Shown: piece by piece, positions 1 through 18,692 of the stretch
How positions within the stretch are numbered: the stretch's first letter is position 1
How the letters are laid out: every line of letters begins with the position of its first letter
NCBI GenBank assembly: GCA_001179505.1
Contig: CDMY01000453.1
Location: 1 to 64,000 of the forward strand
Length of the DNA stretch: 64,000 nt
Reading direction: 5' to 3'
From: Vitrella brassicaformis CCMP3155
Taxonomy: Eukaryota; Protista; Chromerida
Notes under the pieces: generated by a model
What the model saw: only the letters and a program-made list of their open reading frames with translations
Database searches by the model: none
Told to the model about the DNA's origin: nothing
Position numbers and translations under genes: made by a program

Positions 1-13
1 GGCGGCCATCACG

Positions 14-1032
14 ATGTATGCCGCGGGCAGCATCGTTCTGGACGCCTTCAGCGGCGTGGGAGGCCAGAGTGTCTCCCTCGCCGTCGCAGGGCTGACGGTG
101 TTCGCATGCGACATCAACCAAACCAATGTCGACCACACCATGCACAACGCCCGCGTCCATGGTAAGCGGGAGAAGCGGCGGCTCCTCTTGATCAGGATGC
201 ACTCACTGAGTTGCTGTCGCTCTGAATGCAGGCGTGGCTGAGAGGCTCCGGATGGTGTGCGGCGATTACTTCGCCCGCATCGCCGGCCTCGCCGCCAAGT
301 GGATGCCCATCGGCAGGAAGTTCGGCGCCATTCACGTCGACATGCCCTGGGGGAAGGCCTATGAAGAGGAGACATACCCACTTCACCGCATGGGCGACGG
401 CACACTGGTCCGTACTGCACTAATCCAATGGATGACAAACATGCATTTCTCACTTCCTTTATGGCGTGTTGGTGTCTGTGGCTTCACTGCAGAGTGCCTA
501 TGATGTGTTGGAGGCGGCGGCGCCGCTGAGTGACAGCTTCGTCTTCAAATGCCCCCGGAATGTGGCCATCAGCGATGCCGTACGTCAGACGTCATTCGTG
601 TGTGTGGATGGATGGATGGATGGATGGATGGATGGATTGTTCCTCTGTCTGCCCTTGGTGCCTGCAGGTCAAATTGGCCTACCATGTGCAGTCCATCAAG
701 GGCGGCGCCTCCACACACAATGTCGCCATGCCGCTGGTAGAGGTATTCGTCAACGGAGACAAAACCGTCATGGCGGTCATCTATATCGGCGACATCGCCG
801 CTAAGTAAGAGAGACACAGACAGAGACGCAACATCATGCGCCATCTATGTGTGTGTGTGTGTGTGTGCTTGTGTCCATGTGTGTGTTTAGGCGGCTGGAG
901 GACATCGCGCCCCCTGCCCGTGTGGTGGACCTCACGCACAAGCGGTGGACCATCGAGCAGTGTGCCAAGAGTATGCTTTCTCGCGGCAAGAGGGTGGGCT
1001 GCGCCAGCGTGACCTTCGCCCCCTTCGCATAA
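14..1032 (+). CDS. TGS1: Trimethylguanosine synthase (TGS1)-like SAM-dependent RNA cap methyltransferase, 5 exons, possibly 5'-truncated by the window edge
   Basis: Spliced reading gives VLDAFSGVGGQ (SAM motif I), ACDIN, HNARVH|GVAERLRMVCGDYF across the GT-AG intron 162-231 (TGS1 consensus HNAxVYGVxxRIxFIxGDF) and VDMPWG in place of SPPWGG. The frame is open to the left window edge. Confidence 0.7.
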
Positions 1033-1362
1033 ATATCGTCCAACGCGCCACGCCAAACGAGCGGCGACGCGACGAGACACTCCGTCGGCCGGTAGCCAGC
1101 GCGTCGACAGACAGGAGCGCATGCATGTATCCGTGTGTGTGAAGGATTGGATTTTTCTGAATCGGCTCACACATGGGGAGAAACGATGGTAGAGGAGAGA
1201 GATGATGGACCTTCATGTCATGATGCTTTCACGGCTAATTGAAATCACTGACTGTCTTCGTGTCTCTCGTGTACCGTTCTGCCGCATGCATCGAGGCATT
1301 CATTCGCTCAGGTTGAAGGAACAAGATAAAGGCACCCGCAAAACGCCCACACCCAACCCCAC

Positions 1363-2420
1363 ACAGATCTCATCGGTCATAAAGGAAAGGTCTCCAAGAC
1401 CCACACGCACTCACAAACCCTCAGTCACGAACGGAGGCGCTGAGGTGCACCACCAGATAAACATTACAGAAAAACTAACTGGTGTCTTAACACAGACAGG
1501 GTTGTGAGAAAGAGAGAGAGAGAGAGAGAGTTGTCAGGGTCGTTACTCAGCTCACAGGTTGATGGCGTGCCGTAGCGACAGAGGCAGCAGAGAGGAGACG
1601 AGACGAGACGAGAAAGGAGGGTGGCTGTATCATACCACATTCAGACAGACAGACAGACAGACAAGACAGGAGGGGAATGAACGAAAAATGGGGTGATGAT
1701 GGAGTGTGGTCAGGTCATATATATCAGGTGATGATGGGATATGGGTTGGGTTAGTCAGTGTATGTCAAGTCATACATACAATCTTTAAAAGACAATAAAA
1801 CGAAAAAGACCACCACACGACAGATCTCATCATCGGTCATAAAGGAAAGGTCTCCAAGACCCACACGCACTCACAAACCCTCACTGAGGCATGAAGGCGC
1901 TCACATGAGGTGCACCACCAGATAAACATTACAGAAAAACTAACTGGTGTCTGAACACAGGCCAGGACGGTGAGAGAGAGAGAGAGAGAGAGAGAGAGTT
2001 GTCAGTGCACTTACTCAGCTCACAGGTTGATGGCGTGCCGTAGCAGCAGAGACAGCAGAGAGGAGACGAGACGAGACGAGACGAGAGGAGACGAGATGAG
2101 AAAGGAGGGTGGCTGTATCATACCACACTCACACACACAGACACTCAGACACACAGACACACAGACAGACAGACAGACACACAAAGACAGACAGGAGAGA
2201 GAGGAATGGACGAAAAATGGGGTGATGATCGATGAAGTGTGGTCAGGTCAGGTCATATCTATCAGGTGATGTGATGATGACATTGATATCTATGGGGTCG
2301 GTGGGTTAGTCAGTCAGTCAGTGTATGTCAAGTCATACATACAATTTTAAAAGACGTACATACAATGGGTACATACAGACACTCACGACAAGAAAACGAA
2401 AAAGACCACGACACGACACG
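1363..2420. repeat. Diverged tandem duplication of a ~460-600 bp non-coding unit (copy 1 ~1363-1820, copy 2 ~1821-2420)
   Basis: Both copies share, in the same order, CAGATCTCATC..GGTCATAAAGGAAAGGTCTCCAAGACCCACACGCACTCACAAACCCTCA, TGAGGTGCACCACCAGATAAACATTACAGAAAAACTAACTGGTGTCT, TTACTCAGCTCACAGGTTGATGGCGTGCCGTAGC and GTCAGTGTATGTCAAGTCATACATACAAT. Confidence 0.9.
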
Positions 2421-3388
2421 ACAGGCACATCCATTAGTTAGACCAAGGGAGGTCCACACCCAAAAATGCACACACACATGCACACAGACACACGCACACA
2501 CAGAGCCATAAATGCACGGACAGCATCTTTAGGTCGTGCAATCATTAATTGTCAGTCACTTAAACACACACAGGCACACTGACAGGCACACAGACAGGCA
2601 CACAGGCGTGGCACTTGACGTGTTGGGGCTCTGGATCAGAGTGGAAAATCGAGCCGTTCTTCCACACTATTCCATCGAGAAGTCATAGCACGCAGGTCAC
2701 ACACACACACACACACACACACACAGGCAGGCAGGCAGGCACGCACATAGACGGACAGAGACATGTACACCACACGGATGCAACACCATCAATGAATTGG
2801 CCGCAATGGAAGCGATAGACTGACTGGGCCCGGGCGGCAGTCTCGACTAAAACAGACAGACAGGGTCAATCGCATCACTATCGCTCAGTCACGTCACGTC
2901 ACATCACGCACACGGCACGGATGTACAGGCAGGCAGGCAGACAGGCAGACAGAAACATAGTGCAAGAAAATGGAACCCACGCAGGCCCACGCGCACGCAC
3001 ACACACACGGGCGGTCATCCATCGACACAGACCACCACAGGCAGGCAGGCCAAACCACCCCCCACTGCCATCCTAAGCATGTGGGCAAATTAGCCAGCTC
3101 AGTCAGTTAGTCAAGCTTGCTAGCTAGTCAGGAAAACTGCCGCACAGGTCAGGTGGCTGGCTGTGTGTGTGAGGTGGGTTCTCGCTTCTTTCAGGAAAAC
3201 TAGTCAGTCACTTAGGAAAGAAAACTGCCGAAAACTGACAGACAAAAAGGAAGGCAGTCTGCCGCCAGCCGGGGCAGATCAGATCGACATCTCTCTCATC
3301 GCATCGGACCCAGTCTGGCTAGTCATACAGAGTCGAGTCGCATCACCGCACACGCACGGCACACAGACAGAAGAAGAGCATGCAATTG

Positions 3389-3733
3389 CCCCCCCCCCCC
3401 CCCCCCCCCCCCCNNNNNNNNNNNNNNNNNNNNNNNNNNNNNNNNNNNNNNNNNNNNNNNNNNNNNNNNNNNNNNNNNNNNNNNNNNNNNNNNNNNNNNN
3501 NNNNNNNNNNNNNNNNNNNNNNNNNNNNNNNNNNNNNNNNNNNNNNNNNNNNNNNNNNNNNNNNNNNNNNNNNNNNNNNNNNNNNNNNNNNNNNNNNNNN
3601 NNNNNNNNNNNNNNNNNNNNNNNNNNNNNNNNNNNNNNNNNNNNNNNNNNNNNNNNNNNNNNNNNNNNNNNNNNNNNNNNNNNNNNNNNNNNNNNNNNNN
3701 NNNNNNNNNNNNNAATTGCCCCCCCCCCCCCCC
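3389..3733. other. Assembly gap (300 N, 3414-3713) flanked by poly-C tracts
   Basis: AATTG plus a C run appears on both sides of the N block. Confidence 0.95.
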
Positions 3734-4170
3734 GCCGCCGCCCACCCAGACACAGCCGAGCACAGGAAGGACAAAACGCAGCCAAGCCATATCCAGTCAG
3801 TCTAGCTCAGACAGACAGTAAGTATTACAGTGAGCCACATGTCACGCCACACCACACCACACCACACCACACACATGACTTAGTGCAGCAGCTCACACAC
3901 AGATCCATCCATCCACCCTTCCTAACACCGGCCACAAGCTGCTTCCCCGGCTGTTCAGCCCAGCCAGCTGTTTAGACGAAGAGCCCACAGCACCGCCTGC
4001 CCTTGCCATGGTCGCTCATGGGCGACACCGCTCTGATGGGGGAGGAGAAGAAGGAGTCTTCTCGCGCAGGGAAAAACATTGGCAGGGGGTTCTGCTTCTC
4101 AGAATGGCGCATCGACGACTGACACACAGACACGCAGGCACCCACACACACATGGCCGACCATCAATGTC

Positions 4171-10525
<6,355 letters not shown>

Positions 10526-10942
10526 CGTCACCACTCACCAAATGGCCAACTGCCTTCGACCGGAGGCCACTAAATCACACCGTCACACCGCGGTGAACGC
10601 GGATGACCGGCAGAGGACAGGGAAAGGAAGCAGGGAGCTGAACTCTCAGTCAGAAGAGGGGAAAACAGACGGAATGACTGAGAGAGTGACCGAGCCAGGA
10701 CTGCCTTCCGGAGAGGTGGCGGGAGGGTAAACCCGCCTAGGGAGGGCCAGGAAGGGCCAGAACAGCTAGAACGACGGAGAAAGGAAGAAAGGGAGCCTAG
10801 ATCTCTGAGCTCGCAAAAAGGAAGGGTTTAGGACGCGATCCCCTGTGAAACCGCTTCTCCCCCTTCAGTTCCTCCCCCGCCTCTCCTTTTCCCGGTTTCT
10901 TCTTCTCAAACCGGAGAAGGAACTGAGCCGAATGCAGCCACA
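10526..10942. promoter_or_regulatory. Candidate bidirectional promoter between the Pls-like gene and the PAN-domain gene
   Basis: About 417 bp separate divergent start codons; a purine-rich block is followed by a pyrimidine-rich block. Inferred from gene orientation only. Confidence 0.4.
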
Positions 10943-13189
10943 ATGCTGAGTCCGGCGCTTCTGCCACTGATGCGGCTGGTGCGTGTGGCCACCCTGCTGC
11001 TGTCGGTTGCGAGCGTCCCCCAGGGCTCGTATGGCACCATCATCCCGCTGCAAACAGTGAGGGGGGCCGTCAGGGGCCATCTCTGACGGACATCTTCGGT
11101 GTTTGTGGTTTGTGGTTTGTGTGCAGGTGTGGCGGTGGGTAGCCGGGTGGTGGCCGCGGGGGGAGGTCAGCAGGCCGAGCAGGATGCAGAGGAGGCTCAT
11201 GCAGATGAAGGCGGATGGCAGGACGAAGGGGCCCACATTCTTCCAGCCTATTGCCGGTCAGCATATATAAAGCCACACACAGAGCAGTGTGTGTGACTCC
11301 CTGTTGTGCTCAGATTCCGCTCGTCCGTTTTCGTATGACCCGACATTTCTCGGCCCTGATTTGACCTTCACGCCGCTGTCCCGTCCCTCGTCGTTTGCCT
11401 GCCGCAATGACTGCCGTGCGTTCAGTACCTGCACCTACTTTGTGTTCGACACAGCGAAACAGTTGTGTTGGTTCAAGAGTGACAAGACGGGCGAGATTGG
11501 GAGGGCCGGGATGGTCTCGGGAGACGCCAACACAGGTGTGCATGGGATGCATAGGTGCCCGAGTGATTCACTGCTCTCTCCGTCTGCCTTTCCCAGCGGA
11601 TACGTGTTTTGAGTATGACACTGTTTATCACGGCGATGAGCTGCCCTTTTCCCCAGGGAGCCTCCCCTCCCCCCTGTCGCCCTACGCGTGCCAGCAGGCC
11701 TGTGGGGCCTCGCCCCTCTGCCAGCACTTTACTACTTTTCACATGACCTCCGGACACAATAGTAATAGTGGCAATGTGACGAGGGCGTGCCACTTGTTGA
11801 AGACCAGGGACGAGGGGAAGTCCATGACACTGCTAGAGGCCGTGTCTGGGCCCAAAAAATGTCCAGGTACGGACACCGGCAGCCCGACTGATGTCAGCCT
11901 GCAACCACCATTGTGTCCTCTTGTGTCACAGGAATCGTATTATCGCATATGGAACAGGAGCCCGTGGTCGTCAATGCATCGTCACGAGAAGCCCTGGAAG
12001 GGGAGGCATCAGAGAGCAGTGACGAGGGGTTTGGAGAGTGTGTGACGGATCGCATGTGTGGGAATCGCATCAAGTGGGAAAGGGAGCTGGGCATACCCAG
12101 GAGGTGGACCGCATCGGACTTCCCACCTGGACTTGAGGCCTTCGGTGGCACGGTGAGGAGAGAAAGACCCAGAGACACGACTGACGGAGGGCATATCGGT
12201 GTGTCCTCTTGCAGTACCACATGGTTCTGTACAACACTGATTTGCTGAGTGGCGAGGAGCCGTGCGCACCGGACTTCACATTCTACTTCTGCAAAGATGG
12301 ACTCTACCATGTAAACACCACCACTTATCCCTGATGATGCCATGTCTCCCGTCTCACATCAGCTGAACCAGACCGCCGCCCACCTGTATTGCGGCGTCGA
12401 GGGCAGCGAGTCAATCACGCCAGGATTCGCCGTCAGATTCGCGCCATGCAGAGTGTAACTCAGGCCACATACATGCCCATGACACTGATGGTCTCTGTCT
12501 CTGCGAATCTGCGTATGTGTCTCGGCGTTCCTCAGCTGTCGTCAGAAGAACTGGTCATCCTGTTACGATTGGGGCCACTGCGCTCAAGAGGTCGCAGCTT
12601 ATCAGGGCGGGGGCCACTGCGCTGGCCACCATGAAGTCATACACCTGCAAGGGCGACCTCAAGGCGATGGGCAAGCTGTGTGACGCGTACGCCGGGGAGG
12701 TCTTTTGCTGGGGCATCGACAGCAACCTTATTGAATACGGTGGGTGAAGTGGATAGACAGGCGCGCCATGACAAGACACTTGCTGGAGTCGGTGCGTTTT
12801 GCAGATCCGCTCGACCAGGGAGACGCAAGTGAGGAGCCTGCATGGCACTGCGATAACACCTGTCTGTCTGTCTGCGGTGCTTTCTTGCCTGCAGTAGAGC
12901 GCACCAAAGCGGTGTGCGCTCGCGCATGTGCCCTCAAATTCTATGGCGGGGCACACCGCTGCCAAGTGAGTTCAGAGGGAGGGGAAACAGACAAGAGGCG
13001 GTGAGTGAGAGATGCCGGCGTATTGTGTGATCTGCAGGGATTTTTGTGGCAGCGTGAGCACAGCTACTGCATCCTTGCGCAGGACAAAGAGGTCACATCG
13101 CCGAGGGCAGTCGACAAAATGGAGGAGAGAAACATGGACTTCTATGAAAAAGGTCCACACGCTGAGATGGCCACCCAACGAGCCGAAGA

Positions 13190-13224
<35 letters not shown>

Positions 13225-13835
13225 CAGTGTGTGATGCGGGTCGGCAGCTGGATCGTCCGTTGAGGGGTCTGCGCATCCACCCAGCCGACAGGTGGAAATT
13301 CTTCAAACAGCTGCAGCAAGAGGTGAGAAAACACGAAAGACATGGTGAGACACAGACAGACAGACAGACAGATAGACAAGTGTGATACTTACTGTGTGTC
13401 TGTGCTGGCCAGGACGTATCACGGAAGGAGTGCCAGTCGATATGTTGCGAGCATCCCCTCTGCCGCGTGTGGCTTTACAACAAGAGAGCCAACCAGTGTT
13501 TTCTCCGTAAGCAAGCCAGGCCACCGTCTGCGTGTCTCACCTCTCAGCTCACCTCTTTGTCTGATTCTCCCACAGGCCACGCGCGTGCAGCCGGCCCCCG
13601 CATCAGCGATGACCCACACGACGAGGATCTCTGGTTCTGCGCGGAGGCCAACCTGCCGCCTTCACACGACCGTCCTCGTGGGCAGCACAGACGTCCCCTG
13701 CTGCCCCCGTCTTTCCCCTCCCTGTGGCAGTACGATAGAGATTGGGTGGGTGGCGTGTTTGCACACAAGGCCTTCTTCAGCCGGCCGCAGGGGGCCGCTG
13801 CGGGAGGGAGGTGCAGCGTGTCGCTAGGGTGGTGA
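10943..13835 (+). CDS. Secreted multi-PAN/Apple-domain protein (microneme-adhesin-like), multi-exon
   Basis: Signal-peptide-like MLSPALLPLMRLVRVATLLLSVAS. PAN patterns: SFACRNDCRAFSTCTYFVFDTAKQLCWFK, YACQQACGASPLCQHFTTF..RACHLLK..AVSGPKKC and KECQSICCEHPLCRVWLYNKRANQCFL. Middle exons are not fully resolved. Confidence 0.72.
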
Positions 13836-14232
13836 GACGTGAATGCATTTGTGTCGCTGTGTGTGTATGTGTCTGTGCGTGTGAGGCGTGTGCATGTGGA
13901 TGGACTTTTGGAGAGTCCTACTAAGTCCTATACTAGAAAGGATTCGGCAGTGACGGTGGGGGGGTGGGGGGATGAATGCTTCTCTCTGTTCCATGCTACT
14001 CTCCGTCCATCCATCCACCATCCCTGCCCTGTCCACTCGTCCACTCGTCCACACACATGCTTCTTTCTCGGCCCGCTGGCCATCGGTGTCATTCATGTTG
14101 GTTACGTGTCATATCGAAGCCACTCACACTCGAGCTGTGTTCTGTGCACATGGAATCCCAAACACCCCCTCGCTTGACCGCATACACCCAGACATGCACA
14201 CACACGCATACACATGTATACATAAACTACAC

Positions 14233-14392
14233 GAATTACATAAACCGTAGGAATTACACAAAGCTGCAGGAATTACATAAAACGCTTTTTGAGTCAATGC
14301 TATCCCAGTCCCTCACGCTCTCGGTGTTCTATGCACTGCTTATGACATAGAATGAACGACTGCACATCTCCAGCGCAGACGAATTACATAAA
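14233..14392. repeat. Four copies of GAATTACA(T/C)AAA (14233, 14251, 14270, 14381)
   Basis: Read directly from sequence; the first three copies are spaced 18-19 bp apart, in the gap between convergent genes. Confidence 0.85.
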
Positions 14393-14668
14393 GCGCCCCG
14401 TCCCCCACCCGCAGACACATGGCGTCGCCTGCACCGAAAGCGCCACCCACCCACCGACCCACCCCACTTAAACGACCCGGCTACCTGAGTCACTCAACCA
14501 TATCCGCTCTATCTTGTGTATCACCAAATTTGGGTGCATTTCTGTGTCTCGTACACAACACATGCCCACGCGCTGCACAACCCAATCAGTCGGTCGATCA
14601 AAAAAAAGAAAAAAAAACTCTACGGATAGATCACAGACTGTCTGTCTGGTCTATCGGTCTGTCGCTAC

Positions 14669-16658
14669 TTACACGACCGCCAATGCGCCCAGCACATGGG
14701 TGTCATCGATGACGTTGTGGCGGAGGGTCAGGCCGATGCCGTATCGCGACGCCTCGAGCCGCACTGCCCGAGCGATGACCTCGCACACGCCCATGTGCTG
14801 CTGCGGCTGGGCGGCGCCGCCTACGGCGAAGCATCGCAGCGGAGCGAGGCCGGCACCCCCCACCACACGAACGTTGCCGTGCCTCTCCTGCTGCTGCTGC
14901 TGCTGCACCGGCTGGCAGATCACACGCGCTGCGACCGTGACGTACTGGTGCACGGCTTGGTTGATTCGTGTGCCGATGGGCTCATCGCCGATGGGGATGG
15001 GAGGGGGCGGGCTGTCGGTCTGGCTGGTGGGGGCGAGATGGCTGTTGATGATCGTCAGGACGTCAGACGGCAGGGCGATGGTGCGGCTGCGGAGGGGGAT
15101 GGGCTGAGTGAGGGACGCCACGAGGCTGCGGGATGGGCGGAGGGCCTCGTTGATGGTCTGCAGGGCCAGGCGGGGGATGGACTCGTTGAGGAAGGCACTG
15201 TATGCCGTGAGCAGCCTGGGTCTTTCCCCCGGGTGAATGAGCCCCCTCGGTCTTCCGCCCGGAAGCGCCTGTGTGAGCCCGGCAGTCGCCACAGACGCGC
15301 CGTGTTCGAGCAGACCGACGAGGGCTTCGTTAGGGCACTCAGATCGGGCTGCCGCATTCCTGAGCACCGTGTTGCCCTGGCTGTCGGGCGTGTTGATGTG
15401 CCGCGCCGCCCCATACCGATAGAGACGCTCAATGGTCGCATCCGCTCTGTTCCGGTACGTGCCGTACGTCAGATGAGCTAGAGAGAGGGGCCGGCTGCCG
15501 TCATCTCCATAGAAAGAGATGGCAGGCGGCTGAACCGGAGGGACCTGGACGGGTGTGTTGACGACATCCGCCCCCAGCTTCTCGGCGAAGTAGTCGATGA
15601 GCTGCTTCTGCAGCTTCTCTTTTCTCAGTGGCCTTGAGCTGAAGTGATGGATGGGCCGCCACCCGTCGTCGCCCTTCTCCGACAGCACCGTCACGTCCCG
15701 CTCGCCGAGCATCTTGACCACACGCAGCTTGTCGGCAGAGCTCGACTTGCTGCGACACACCGCCGCCACCAGGCGGTGTCCGGCAACTGAGATGCCGTCT
15801 TGCGGCTCCAGCATGACGTCCAGCACACGCCACTTGCCCTTCACCGCGGCCGTGTGAACTGCGCTGTCGCGGTCGCTGTGTCCGGTTGGTGGGAGGATCG
15901 GGGCGCCAGCGTCCAGCAGCACCCGCATCACGCCGACGGCCTCGGGCTCGTCCAGGTGCTCTGCGGCAAGCTGCGGCAGGCTCATGTCGCGGTCGGCCGT
16001 ACTGGGCCACGCAGTCATGACGAGCTGCTTGGCCTCGGCGCCTCGGTGGATGAGGTCTCGGGCTGACCCCTCACTGATGGCATTGCAGGCGATGTGGACA
16101 ACCAGCTGCCTCGTCAGCTGGCTCGCGCCGCGGAAATCGATGACGTTAGGGGTGCCATCCGACCAAGCACTGGAGGGTCGCCAGATCTTCACTCGGTCCG
16201 GGAAGGTGGGGGGCTGGTCGGGCGGCACAGTGGCGTAGAGCGCTGGAGGAGGGGATGACCCAAAGACGAACGACTCGGACGGCCCCTGATTGATGGACAC
16301 ACACGCGCACCACAGTTGTTGTGTCTTCTCTGCCTCACTGGTGTGTGGTTGCCTCATCACTCACCGTCGGTGCGGAGGCTTCAGCTGGTTTCAGCGACAC
16401 CCAACCCCTCTTGCCCTCCCACATCCCATATGTGTCCTTGACGAAGACTAGATGAGGCGTGCCGTCCGCCATCAGCCGCCGCCCTCCTCCCTCTTCGCGG
16501 CGCTTGAGCTGTCCGTCGGCTCCGATGATGCCGTAGCTGTAGTTGCACCTCACTACGAAGTCGCTGCGACTGTACACCCCTTCACGATCCTTCCTGCTTT
16601 CGGAAGGGAGGACCACAGACAGAGACCACCTCGGGCAAGTCGGCGACGGGGGACTCAT
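14669..16658 (-). CDS. Ankyrin-repeat protein (lineage-expanded type), probably 2 exons
   Basis: Long exon ORF 14669-16360 with ankyrin motifs DSAVHTAAVKGKWRVLDVML, GWRPIHHF and DSQGNTVLRNAA..ALVGLLEHGASV. Upstream exon from ATG 16658 ends at a GTGAGT donor (~16364). Confidence 0.75.
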
Positions 16659-17302
16659 GGCGATGGGGTCTCGCGTGCCAAGCACAAGGGCAACTGCAAA
16701 CACAGATGGAACACAAGCAAGCCGGCCGGGGCAGCTGCAAATGGGGCGGTGGGTGCTCCTTTGTCTCTCCATTCCCTCACCTGATTCGCCCTCAGCGATG
16801 TCAGAGACCTCTACACTAAACAGCGCCAACACACGGGGTCCATTCAGAGGGGTCTCACTCCACTCGGTCTCACTCCAGCCTGCACGCACATCCGCACAGA
16901 TGAAGAGTGACGATACGAGGAACGTATCAAAAGGCGAGGGAAGATCTGCTGTGACAATCGTCCTCATTGTCATAGTCAGCAAGCTCCCTTACGTGTATGT
17001 CTGAACAGTGGAGCCAACGTGTGCGTCTCCAGGTCGCCCATGCTTCTGTGAAACAACGGTATCACTGAAGGAGTAGCATGTAAAGCAGATGAGTAGATTT
17101 GATGTGCTGCCTCACTTCCCGCCCCATTTCACCTTTTTCGTCCCCGCTGGAGAGATACCGGTTTCACGGAATGTCCAAGCGAGCTTCTTGCGGGTCGAAA
17201 AACCGCCCAGAGCTTTTCTTCGAGAGCAGAGCCCTCTGCCGTCATCGCTGATGCGCATTCTGCTTCTTCTTTTCAGTGCAAAGTCACCGGTCGACGTCCG
17301 TC

Positions 17303-17695
17303 ATGTCGACTCGAGTCAGCGGCAGCCGTCTGTCGCTGTGGGTGCCAGGCATTCAGCTGCTCGACGACGCTGAGGCCCACGACCCCTTCATCATCCCGAC
17401 GAACTACCGCCCTGCCTACAAGCGCACACCTCGGTAAGCAAATGACATCGCATCGCATGCATTGCATACTTGCACTAGTACACGCTGAAACGTCGTTGAA
17501 ATATGTATGCATGCATGTGTTGTTTGTCACAACGATAGGCCTGAGGAGGTGCCGATTCCCCCCATTGTCCGCAAGGCCATGGGGGAGAGCATCCTGGCGA
17601 TAATCAAGCCGGAGGAGGACGACACGCCCCGAGCCGCTGGCAGCCGCCTCCGCGGGAGGTTCCTCCGAGGTCAGCGCGAACTCTCAACTGACTGA
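17303..17695 (+). CDS. Small hypothetical protein (~96 aa, 2 exons; may have further upstream exons)
   Basis: MSTRVSGSRLSLWVPGIQLLDDAEAHDPFIIPTNYRPAYKRTPR|PEEVPIPPIVRKAMGE..STD*, with a phase-compatible GTAAG..TAG intron. Confidence 0.45.
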
Positions 17696-18692
17696 TAGTC
17701 CAACAAGACCGAGGACAGCGTGTATGAAAAGGGATGCTATGCTGCGGATGATAGAGACGCGTCAAGACGGTAACACACGACAGACATAGAGAGACACATG
17801 ACGCAGCGGTCTGCGTGGCTGGATGGCTCATGGATGGATGGATGGATGGATGCGATATCGGTTTTGGTTCACTTTCTTGGTTTTCTGTCAGCATATGCCT
17901 GCCCTTTTGGCGGTGCATGGTTGTCGAACCGTGTACCATATGTGGATGAGTGAGTGGACAGTGCATTGATGGATACATGGGCGGACGCACTCGCCAATCG
18001 AACGATACAGTCAACAACACTTTATTTGAATCCAGGTTCCTTCATCATACACAACTCACGGCATTTGAGGTGGTGGTTTGCTACCTGCTGTCTGCTCTTG
18101 GCTTTAACTTTGTTATCCACTGTGAGAGGGATACCCATCGGGTCGATTCCATGTCTCATTTTTCACTCAATAGCTGAAAGTCAACGTGTGTATGGCAACT
18201 GACGTCTCCCTTTCAAGCCATAAACCAATTGGGACAGTGTGCAGCGACACAACCACTCATCAGCAGCGAGAAGAGCTAAGCCAGCTGTGAGTGTGTGTGT
18301 GTGTTGCATGCACCATCACACTCAATGTCATCTCCGCTCTGAAGGCCAGCAAGCTTATTGTACGTATCCCTCACAGATTTGTGCGTGCGGCAAAATCCAT
18401 CGGCCACTCACTCAAAGGTATGGACCTATATTGCAACACAGGCCACTCATCAGCAAGGGCAGAAGCAGTACGTACGAGCACAGCGGCCTATCCCCCCTAG
18501 AGGGCACACAGCAAGGACATCGACGTATCCTTCCCAAAAGCACACAGACTCAATCGATCAATCACTCTACCCCAATCACTCTACCCTGCCACCTAACGGT
18601 ACTGTGGGTAGAGTGCACCCTCCTAGAATAGATGTATGTGTATGTATCGTATGCAGACGTCAAACATGTGTGTGGTGTGTGCAATTGAGCGT

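Noticed and set aside
3163-3975. Long ORFs spanning the N blocks (also 37568-38456)
   Set aside because: Artefacts of translating through gaps and homopolymers.
14233-14392. CRISPR-like repeat-spacer array
   Set aside because: Repeats are only 12 bp with 6-7 bp spacers, the context is eukaryotic and there are no cas genes.
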